In this document: positions 28,450 through 38,000 of the stretch, one piece after another
How positions within the stretch are numbered: the first letter of the stretch is position 1
How the letters are laid out: every line of letters begins with the position of its first letter
NCBI GenBank assembly: GCA_964226865.1
Contig: CAXQUZ010000757.1
Span: forward strand, 2,370-66,369
Direction: 5' to 3'
Source: Myxococcota bacterium
Lineage (GTDB): Bacteria; Myxococcota_A; UBA796; UBA2385
Length of the DNA: 64,000 bases
The notes under the pieces: generated by a model
Database searches by the model: none
What the model was told of the DNA's origin: nothing
The model's input: the letters and a program-made list of their open reading frames with translations, nothing else
Position numbers and translations under genes: made by a program

Positions 28450-31400
28450 TCACGGCAGCACCAGCGGCGCGCTGGGGGCGCTGCGGCGGCCGGCGGGATC
28501 GACGGCCACCACCCTCCAGCGGGTGCCGGAGGGGGGCTGGCCGGGGCTGCGCCAGAAGGCGAGGCCCGTGGCGTCGATCACGCCCTCCGGGCCGGCACCC
28601 TCGGCGTCCAAGAGGGCCACCTGCTCGGCGGGCTGGCCCGGCAGCTGGCGCAGCACAGCGAAGCGGTAGACCCCCATGCTGCCGCCCCCGGGCAGGGCAC
28701 AGCGCCACGACAGCCGCACCCCGAGGGGCTGGGGCTGGACCGCGACCGGCACGGGCACGGGCGGCGGCCCGGGGGGCATCACCAGCGCCGCGGCGGGCCC
28801 GCTGGGGGGGCTCCAGGCCCCGGGCAGCAGCTCGGGGGTCTCGGGCAGCCGGTCGCCCGTGACCGGGTGGCGTGCGCCCGTGCCCGGCGCCGGGCCGGCC
28901 TGGACCTCGACCCGCCAGGCGTAGCGGGTCCAGGGCCGCAGTCCCGCACCGGGCACCCCGGGCAGGGCCCCGGTGTCGAAGATGTCGAACTCGGCGGGGC
29001 CCTCGGCCGGCAGCTCCGGCACGGAGCCCGTGGCCACGATGGGCATCTGGTCGGGGTCGAGGGCGCTGATGCGGCTGCGGCGGAGGCGCCAGCGCACCGG
29101 CGCGACGGCCCCGCGCACGGCCCGCACCCGCAGCCGCCAGGCCCCCGCCGGCCCCGCGGGCCCGGGGCTGCCGTCGGCGGCGGCGGGCAGCACGGGCGCG
29201 GCGGCCGGCGGCACCTCGAGCAGCGGCGGCGGCGGCGCCCCGATGGCCGGCACGGCAAAGGGGGCGACGCCCGAGGCCCCGAAGTCGGCGGCGACCCCCT
29301 GAAGACTCTCGGCGACGACCTTCACAAGGGTCAGGGTGCGCAGGGCGCCCGAGACCCGGTGGGCGAAGCGCAGCCGCCCCCCGACCGCCGCCAGGGGCCC
29401 AGCGCTCACGAGGCGGAACCAGGTCGGCGGGAAGCGGTGGCCGTGGTCGCGGCAGGCCTGGGCCCGGGCGAGCAGGTCGCGCCCGGCGGCGCTGTGGGCG
29501 GCCACGAAGGCGGCGAGGCCGGCGTCGCTGCCCGCGGCATCCGCGGCCATGGCCACCAGGCGGGTCTCGTCGGCGGCATAGACCCGGTAGCGCAGCCCCG
29601 CACCGCCCACCCCCACGTCGATGGGCAGCAGCGCCAGCCCGTGGGCGTCGGGGCGCTGGGTGTAGGCGAGGGTGATGGGGAGCACCACCGGCTCTGGCGG
29701 GCGCGGATCGACGAGCGCGACGGTCTTCTCGGTGGCGGGACCGAGGGTCGTGCGCACCGTGCGCCACCGGGCCTGGAGCACGACCTGGCCGGCGCCGCAG
29801 CGGGGCAGGGCGAGGCCGGGAATGGTGAACTCGAGGGTGTCCTGGGCGCCGTTGACCGGCACCTCCTGGTGGACCCCGTGGTCGCCGTCGAGCACGAGGT
29901 GGGCCAGGGCCTCGCTGCCGGGGGCGAGGCTGTCGGCCGGGGGCACGGGCACCCACACCCGGATGCTGCCCGCCAGCGGCCCGTCGGGCACGGGCTGGGG
30001 CACGGCCGGGGGCACCACCTCGGTCATGAGCTGGGGGGCCGGCGGCGGCGGCGGCGGCAGCGGGTCGGCGTGCACGGTCGCCACGTCGCTCCAGCGGCCG
30101 AACCAGTCGGTCTGGGCGAGCCGGTAGTCGAGGGGCCGGTTCGGGGCCGACCGGTCGCGGAGCAGCCCCTGGCCCGTCTGGCGCACGGCCGGGTCGCGCT
30201 CGGCGGTGAGGGCGAGGGCGCGGCCGCCCGGCGGGATGTGCGGCGGCCAGGGGGCCGCCTGGGGCAGCCGGTCGTTCAGCCCGTCCACGGCGCCCCCGTC
30301 CACCCGGGCCAGCATCATCATGCCGGTCGGGTTGCGCGCCGAGAGGGCGAGCTCGACCTCGCGCTCGGCCTGGTCGGCGGGCACCCCCGGGGGCGTGGCG
30401 AAGAAGGGCCGCAGCACGGCGGTGGCCGTGGGCGCCGGGGGCCGGTCGAAGGGCGCGCCGACGGTCACACAGGCCACACAGCGCACGGGCACGTGCTGGC
30501 GGCCGTCCACCGACACCGGCGGCAGGTCCCAGGCGCCGAGGGTCGCGCGGGCGTCGCTCTCGATGAGGTGGCGCTGGAGCAGGGCCGCAGCGGGGCCCAC
30601 GGCCGCCGGGTCGACGGCGAAGACCCCGTCGATGACGTAGGCGATGACGTCGCCCGGGTCGCCCCCGGGGGCCTCGTCCCGGTCGGCGAAGCCCAGCCAG
30701 CGGGCCTGGCCCGGGTCGATCATGGCCGCCATCACGACGCTCATGGCCGCGACCGAGGCCACCTCGTCCGTGGCGCCGCCGGTCTCGATGCCCGCGTACT
30801 CCTGGACGGCCTGCTCGGGCGGCAGGGGGCCGTCCAGCATGGTCTGGAGGGGCGGCAGCGTGGCGCCGAAGGTCATCAACACCCGCGCCAGCTCGTTGTT
30901 CTCGGTCGCCGGGTCGAGGTCGCTGAGGGCCTCGGCCGCGGGCTGGTCGTGGCGGCCCATGCGGGCGGGGGCCCCCCGGCGCACCCGGGCCTGGGCCTGG
31001 GCGCTGGCGTCGGCGGCCCCCCGGTAGCGCTGGGCACTGCGGATGGGCAGCCCCATCTCGCGCCACAGCTGGGTCTTCACGTCCCGCAGCACCTCGCGGG
31101 CCGAGATCCACTCGACCCCGTGCACCGTGCCCTTGCCCGTGATGCGCAGGGCGTGGAGCTGGCTGGCGGCCACGTCCCACGGGTCGCCGGACCGTGCGGC
31201 AACGACCTGCTCATCGCCATGTTCGTCGTAGACCAGCCCCTCGAGGCGCATGGCGAAGGTGAGGGTGCGGCCCCCGTCCGGCACGAGCACGTCGCCCGGA
31301 TCGAAGACCGTGCCCCCGCCCGGCACCCGCACATCGCCCGGGTCGAGAACCACGCCCCCGTCCGGCAGGCGCAGGTCGCCCGGCTCGAAGACCGTGCCCG

Positions 31401-32025
31401 GGCGCACCACCGTGCCCGGCGCGAGGACCACCGTGCCCGGCCGGACCACCCCGCCCAGGTCGCGGACCGTGCCCGGCTGGCGCACGCTGTCGGGGTCGAT
31501 GCTCAGCCCCCGTCCCGCCGGCGCGGGCGCCGCCACCACCGTGCCACCGGGCCGCAGGGCGCCGCGTCCCCGCAGCCGGCCGATGCTCTCGCGCACGCTG
31601 GCCACCGGGCCCGCCGCCGTGCGGCCCCGGCTGCGGCCCCGCGGCAGCCGCCCCCGCGGACCGGTCCGCCCCCCGCCCGTGCCCCCGATGGTGACCGTGT
31701 CGGGGCTGAGCTTGGCCCGGGCCCAGACCGCGGGGTGGCTGGCCTGGTCGGGGAAGGTCGCCGTGACCACGTCGCCCAGGCCGATCTGGAAGGGCGGCTG
31801 CAGCTGGGCACCGCGCTGGTCGCGGAAGATGACGTCCGTGCGCAGCTGGCCGCGCTCGGTCGCCCCGGGGCCCAGGTTCTGGCGGGTGATGCGGAAGGGC
31901 GCGACGGGCAGACCGAGGGCCGGCCCGGGCACCACCCGCAGGTGGACACCGTCGCGGAGGTGGGCATCGCCCGTCCCGTCGATGGCCTGGGCCACCAGGG
32001 CCCACGGGGGCGCGAGGAGGATCAT
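28450..32025 (-). CDS. Giant-operon gene 3: 1191-aa hypothetical protein (P-G-x-V micro-repeat, FN3-like C-terminus)
   Basis: ORF 28450..32334 trimmed to ATG 32025 (MILLAPPWALVAQ), which overlaps the stop of gene 2 in ATGA. About 10 tandem PGxVxx units. C-terminal LGVRLSWR...YRFAVLR...RWRVVAVDPAGRRS looks FN3-like. Confidence 0.8.
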   Translation of the reverse strand: MILLAPPWALVAQAIDGTGDAHLRDGVHLRVVPGPALGLPVAPFRITRQNLGPGATERGQLRTDVIFRDQRGAQLQPPFQIGLGDVVTATFPDQASHPAVWARAKLSPDTVTIGGTGGGRTGPRGRLPRGRSRGRTAAGPVASVRESIGRLRGRGALRPGGTVVAAPAPAGRGLSIDPDSVRQPGTVRDLGGVVRPGTVVLAPGTVVRPGTVFEPGDLRLPDGGVVLDPGDVRVPGGGTVFDPGDVLVPDGGRTLTFAMRLEGLVYDEHGDEQVVAARSGDPWDVAASQLHALRITGKGTVHGVEWISAREVLRDVKTQLWREMGLPIRSAQRYRGAADASAQAQARVRRGAPARMGRHDQPAAEALSDLDPATENNELARVLMTFGATLPPLQTMLDGPLPPEQAVQEYAGIETGGATDEVASVAAMSVVMAAMIDPGQARWLGFADRDEAPGGDPGDVIAYVIDGVFAVDPAAVGPAAALLQRHLIESDARATLGAWDLPPVSVDGRQHVPVRCVACVTVGAPFDRPPAPTATAVLRPFFATPPGVPADQAEREVELALSARNPTGMMMLARVDGGAVDGLNDRLPQAAPWPPHIPPGGRALALTAERDPAVRQTGQGLLRDRSAPNRPLDYRLAQTDWFGRWSDVATVHADPLPPPPPPAPQLMTEVVPPAVPQPVPDGPLAGSIRVWVPVPPADSLAPGSEALAHLVLDGDHGVHQEVPVNGAQDTLEFTIPGLALPRCGAGQVVLQARWRTVRTTLGPATEKTVALVDPRPPEPVVLPITLAYTQRPDAHGLALLPIDVGVGGAGLRYRVYAADETRLVAMAADAAGSDAGLAAFVAAHSAAGRDLLARAQACRDHGHRFPPTWFRLVSAGPLAAVGGRLRFAHRVSGALRTLTLVKVVAESLQGVAADFGASGVAPFAVPAIGAPPPPLLEVPPAAAPVLPAAADGSPGPAGPAGAWRLRVRAVRGAVAPVRWRLRRSRISALDPDQMPIVATGSVPELPAEGPAEFDIFDTGALPGVPGAGLRPWTRYAWRVEVQAGPAPGTGARHPVTGDRLPETPELLPGAWSPPSGPAAALVMPPGPPPVPVPVAVQPQPLGVRLSWRCALPGGGSMGVYRFAVLRQLPGQPAEQVALLDAEGAGPEGVIDATGLAFWRSPGQPPSGTRWRVVAVDPAGRRSAPSAPLVLP

Positions 32026-35000
32026 GCCAGCTCCTGGGAGATGATGTGGGGGATGGCCCCGATGGACCGGCGCAGGGTGAAGCCGCGGTCCGGAGCGACC
32101 GCGTCGATGGTGAGGACCAGGTCGGCGAGCGCGAGGCCCCCGCCCGGCACGAGAGGCGCGGCCGGCGCCAGCAGCACCCGGGTGCCGGCGACGTTGCTGC
32201 GCAGCACCCGCAGCCGCTCGGCGCCCACGGCCCCGCCGGTGATGTCGAGGCGGGGCACCGTGCCCGCGCCCTCGAGCCGCGGCGGCCGCAGCAGGGCCTC
32301 GTCGCTGTCGAGCAGCACCCCCACGATCGCCCACTGATCGGCCACCAGAGACCAGACCAGCACCGTGCGCGGGGCCCGGGGCAGGGGCAGCGGGTCGAGG
32401 CCCAGCTGGGCGAGGGCCGCGTCGAGGGCCGCGTCGTCGCCGAGGGGCGGGGCCGCCGCGCCGGTGAGGGCCACCGGCAGGGGGGCCGGGGCGATGCGCT
32501 CGACGGGAACACTCGTCCCCACGTCATTGTCGAGACCAAAGCCCAGCGCCTGGAGCAGCCCTTCGGGGCCCCGGTGGCGGCTCGTGCGGAAGTGCTGCAC
32601 GGCGATGATCGTGCCCTCGTCCCCCGGCAGGTTCGGGGAGACCGCCGCGACGATGAGGTCGTAGGCGGCGCCCGGGTCGAGGGTGGCCGAGATGCGCAGG
32701 GTCGTGCTGTGGGGCACAGCGTCGGCGGCGATGCAGGGGTTCTCGCGGATGGCGACGGTCAGCGCCGTCTCGCGGGCCGTGAGCACCGCATCGGGGCTGA
32801 TGCCGGCGGTGACCTGGACGGCCACATCCGGCGGGTGGGCCCGGCCGACGAGGCTGCCGGGGGCCGGGTCGGTGCGCCGGAGCCGCAGCTTCAAGCGCTT
32901 GCCATAGCGGGCCAGCAGCCCCTCGACGTGGAGCACGGAGAAGTGGACCAGCAGGGCATCGTCGAGGAAGTGGCGGAGCAGCGGGCCCGTCGGGTCGAAG
33001 CCCCGGAGGTAGCGGAGCAGGGCCGCGGGATCGAAGGCCTGCTGGGCGTCGTGGCGCAGCCGGTCGTCGATCGACAGCGCCCCGGCGGCCGCCGTGTCGA
33101 AGCGGAAGTCCTGGTGCGTGCCGGAGGCGGTCGACCAGTCGACGCTGTCGACGGGCGGCGGCTGGTCGTTGGCGTCGGCCGCCACCCAGGTGAGCCAGCG
33201 CCAGCGCACCCGCACGGTGTGGGGGGTGTTCGCCGCCATCAGCCAGCGCAGCCCGTCCGGGTCTGGCTGGCGCCCGCCCGGGGCGGCCTCGGCGGCCTCC
33301 TCGAAGACGTCCTCCAGCTCGTCGTGCAGCTCCTGGACCGAGGCGGCGGCGGCATCGGCCCCGGCGCTGATGCCACACAGGGCCAGCAGCGAGACCGTGA
33401 ACAGCGGCCAGCGCAGCACGATCAGCTTGTCGTGGACCGTGACCGTGTCGCCGGCGTCGGGCCGGTACTCGAGGTAGACCCCGAAGCGGCCGCTGTCTTC
33501 GGCGAAGTGGGCGAGGCAGCGGGCCTCGAGCTGGACCCAGCGCCCGGCGGTGGTGTGGGCCATGACCCGGGGGAACCAGCCCGAGGCGGCCAGGGTGGCG
33601 CCGGCGGTCTCGGCGAGGCCGCCGAGGGTGTCCTTGACGGCCACATCGGCGCAGACCTTGTGGATGCGCACGCGGCGGTCGGTGGCGTCGATCGACACCC
33701 ACCGGATGTCGTCTTCTTGGTGTTCGATGATGTGGACGACGTTCTCGTCCTTGTCGAGCTCGAGGCGGCGGGTGTGGAGCACGGCGTCGTGGGCGCCGTG
33801 GATGACCACCTCGACCGCGCGGCTGAAGCTGGGGCGGAGGTCGGTGTGGCTGAGCTCGAGGCGGATGCGCCGGGCGGGCCGGGGCATCTCGATGCGCATG
33901 CCCTTGGAGGTGGGGACCAGCACCGTGCCGCCCGCGGGGGGCAGCCCCGGGCCGAAGAAGATGTGGTCGCCGCGGTCGCGGAAGCGCAGCTCGTCCTCGA
34001 CCAGGGGCGAGACCTGGTTGCTCGTGGGGCTGTGGTCCGAGAAGTCGACGCAGTGCATGCGGTGGCTGGGCACGGCGGGGATCTGGCCGACCACGGCGAG
34101 GGTCAGGCGCAGGTCGCGCAGGGGGCTCACAAGGTTGACGGCGAGGTCGAGGCTGGCCACCAGCGCGCCGTCGGTGTGGAGCTGGGGGAGCTGCCAGCCC
34201 GCGGCGTGGACGTGGGGCAGGTCGGGGGGGGCGCTGTCGCCGACGGGGGCGACCCGGCCGGCCACCAGCCGCATGCCCGCGCTGGCGGCGAGGGCGCGGA
34301 CCTCGGAGATCGGCATGGGCAGCAGCGCCTCGGTGGCCACCGCGTCGATCTGGGAGTGGAGGGAGGAGCTCGGGGGCCCGGAGGCGAAGTGGACCTGGTC
34401 GCCCACGGGCCGGCCCTCGGCGCCGAGGGCACAGGCCGCCTTCGCGACGGGCGGGGTGTCGCAGAGGGTGGCCAGGGTGCCGCCGACCTCGCCGGGGATG
34501 TCGACCACGTCGTCGGCCAAGCCGGCCTGCCAGTGCTGGGGGCGCCAGTGGAAGAGCCCGAGCACGGCCCCCTCGTGGTCGCCCTCGGCCGTCTCGACCG
34601 CGGTGGCGCCCGGCCGGGGGTTCCACCGGGCGAGGTGTTCGCCACCGGCGATGGGCTGGCCCTGGCTGTCGAGCAGCTCGACGCTCTCGAGGCGGAAGAG
34701 GTGGCGCAGCTCGGAGGAGCCGACCCACCGGGCTCGGGGCGCGCCCGAGGGCAGCTGGATGCCGGGGCCGTGGCTGGCGACCACGACGGGGTGGGCGAGG
34801 TGGATCAGGGGGATGGTGTCGGGCCAGACCGTGGGCACGGGCCGGGGGGCCGCCACCCCCTGCTCGCTGGCCTCGGCCACGCTGCGGCCCCAGCCGTCGA
34901 GCAGGGCCAGCCGGTCGACCAGCGGATCGGGCGGCAGCACCGGGGGCTCGGGCTCTTCGCCGCCCCAGGTGAGGCCCACACAGGCGCTGACCGAGAAGAA

Positions 35001-38000
35001 GAAGAAGCTGACCCGGCCACAGAAGCGGGCCCGCAGGAACACATCCTCGTCGGTGATGATGGCCTGGATGGTGCCCGAGAGGCCGATGCTCACGATGAGC
35101 AGCCGCAGGGAGCCGGCCACGTGGATGGTGCCGGCGAGGGTGAAGGGACGGGTGCCGACGCCGGCGAGCACGGTGGCGCTGACGCCGAAGCCGAGGGCGG
35201 CGTTGCCCCAGTCGAGCTTGAAGCCCGCGCCGAAGCCCAGGGCGAAGCCGTTGAGGTCCATGCGGGCGGCGGCCCGGGGACGGTGGGGCCCGCCGAGGTC
35301 GTGCAGCTTGCGCTCTTCGACCATGAAGAAGGCCCAGCCGTCCACATCGAGCACCCCGGGCAGCAGGGTGAGCGAGACGGGGCTGTCGGGCCGGCCGTCA
35401 CCGCCGTCCGCGCCCACCCGCAGGTGGGCATCCCGGGGCACGCCGGGCATCGGGAAGTAGGCCGAGAAGGGCACGTCGACCCGCAGCAGGTTGGGCACCT
35501 CGAAGAGGCCCCGCACGGCGACCAGCACGTGCTCCGGGGTCACCTCGACCAGGCCCGTCAGCGCCCCGGAGGGCCCCGCCGTCTCGGTCACCGCCGCGGT
35601 GGGCTTCTGGAGCATCTTGGCGTCGATGCTGAGCAGCACGGCGGGCTGGGGGAAGGCCACGACCAGCATGCCGAGGGCGTGGAAGGTGAAGCCGCCGTCG
35701 GGGAGGGTGCCGACGACAACACCCAACCCGAGGGCATTCTGGTCGGCTTCGTAGCCGTACTTCTGGCCCACGGGGCGCTGGTGCCAGGCCAGCAGCCGCG
35801 CCGCCGGATCGCCCGGCCCGTCCTGGCCCGTGCGCACCCCGTTGCTCACGAAGCGGCCCTGGACCCCCGACAGCCCGAGGCCCGAGCTCGCCAGGGGGAT
35901 GGCCGAGCCGAAGACCACGCCGGCCTCGACATGGGTCATGCCCTGCTTCATCGAGAGGGCGGCGTTGGCGCGCACGTCGATGGGCAGGATCTCGAGGTCG
36001 ATGGCGGCGCTGAGCTCCTGGGCCCCGAGGGCGAGCTGGCCCGTGCCCCGGACCACCCCGGGCAGGTCGACCCGGGCGGCGAGACCGCGCACGGCCACGT
36101 CCACGTCGACCTGGTCGCCCCGGCGGGCGAGGGTGATGCGCACCGTGGCCTCGGTGACCTCGACCACGCCGAGGTCGAGGGTGAACTCGAGGTCGAGCTC
36201 GAACCAGACCGAGCCGGCGCCCATGCGCACGGCCGTCACGCCGAGCAGCCGGCCGAGGGCGTTGTCGAGCACCCACTGGCCCGGGTCTTCGATGGCGAAG
36301 TCGGCCTCGTCGTAGGAGAGCGACAGCTTCTCGAGGCCGGTCTGGGCGTCGTCCCAGGTGAGGCCGACGTTGCGGTAGCGCACCCGCACGGGCTTGTCGG
36401 TGCGCAGCCCGAGGGGGTTGTCGGCCTTGACGTGGAGGGCCACGCCGTAGTCGCAGCGGATGCGGCTGCGGAAGCCCTCGACCACGTCCAGATCGGGCTG
36501 GCGGTGTTCGATCTCGACCCGCTGGAGCACCACCTCGGCCTTGTCGGAGATGGCCGCGCCGATGGTGCCGGCGGCCGTCAGCGCGGCGATGCGCACGGCC
36601 GTGCTGTCGGGGGCGGCCGCCGAGATGCCGCCGAGCAGGGCCGGCCCGAAGGCCAGGGCCGTGCCGAGCACCACCCCGGCGGTGTCGGTGGCCGTGAACT
36701 TCGCGAGGCCGTCGGGGTCGCCCGGCCGGTCGACGGCGACGCTGAACAGGGTCTGGCCCGAGCGGGGGTCGTGGCTGAAGCGGCCGACGACCTGCCAGAC
36801 ATCGGGCACCCCGGGGGGGCTCTGGGGCACGACCGTGCCCGTGGCGCCCGGCACCGCGACGGGGGTGGCCTGCCAGGCGACCCGCAGCTCGCAGAAGGTG
36901 GGGGCCCAGTCGGCGGGCGCCACCACCCGGGGGCTGTCCCAGCGGACCTCGAGGGTCACGCGCCAGGGCAGGTCCGGGTCGCGGGGGGCCACGGGGGCCG
37001 CAGCCGGCGCGTCGGCCCCCGGGACGAGCACCCGCCGGCGGGTGGTGCGCGGCGGGGTCGGATCGGGCCGGGGGGTCGGCGGGGTCTGGGGCGGCACGAG
37101 GGCGTAGATGTCGGCGCTGCGGTGCTCCCAGCGGGCGGCGATGTCCTGGATCTTCTTGCCGTCGCGGACCCAGCGCGACAGGGCGCTGTAGCGGCCGAGG
37201 ATGGCCTGGTCGTCGACATCGAAGGCGGCGCCCTCGGTCCACGGGGCCCCGGCGGGCAGGGCGGCGCCGGCGGCCGCCTTGGCCGTGCCCTGGCGCCAGG
37301 TGGTCGTGGGCTCGTCCTCGCCCCGCCAGCGCAGCCGGTCGGCGGCGATGGCCCCGGCGCCCAGGGCCGGATCCAGCAGCAGCCGGGCGGTCTGGTGGGC
37401 CCGGTCGCGGCCGAGGCGGGTGTTGTGGGCGCGGCTGCCGATGTCGCAGGTGCGGCCGATGACGAGGAAGCGGGTGCCGGCGGGCAGGGCGCCGGCCCAG
37501 GCGCGCAGGGCCCGGGCGTGGGCGGCGATGTCGGTGCTGGCCTGGAAGGCCGCCGCGCCCGTCGCCGGGTCGGTGTAGGGGGCCGCCTCGGCGATGGGCC
37601 AGGGCTCGGCCGGGCCGAAGACCGTGCCGCCCGTGGCGGTGGCCTGGAGGATGGCCCGGCGGCCGCGCAGGTGGACCGCGTCGTACTGGTAGTGGACCCG
37701 CTGGTGCTGGACCCAGGTCACGGCCGGCGGGGTGGGCGCATCGGGGGCTGCGGGGGCGCCGAGGGCCACGGCCACCTCGGCCAAGACATCGACGGGAACG
37801 TTGACCGCATCGTTGTTCACGGTGGCCTTGGACCGGCCCGGGGCGCGACCGCCCGTGGCGTGCCAGCCCCCCAGCGCGAGGCTGTCGAGCACGGCCTCGA
37901 CCCCGACGGGGTTGCCGCTCGCGTCGGTCACACCGCCGGCCCCGCCGAGCAGCAGGGCGCCGGTGGCCAGCACCCGCAGCTCGACCCGGCGCCGGAGGCC

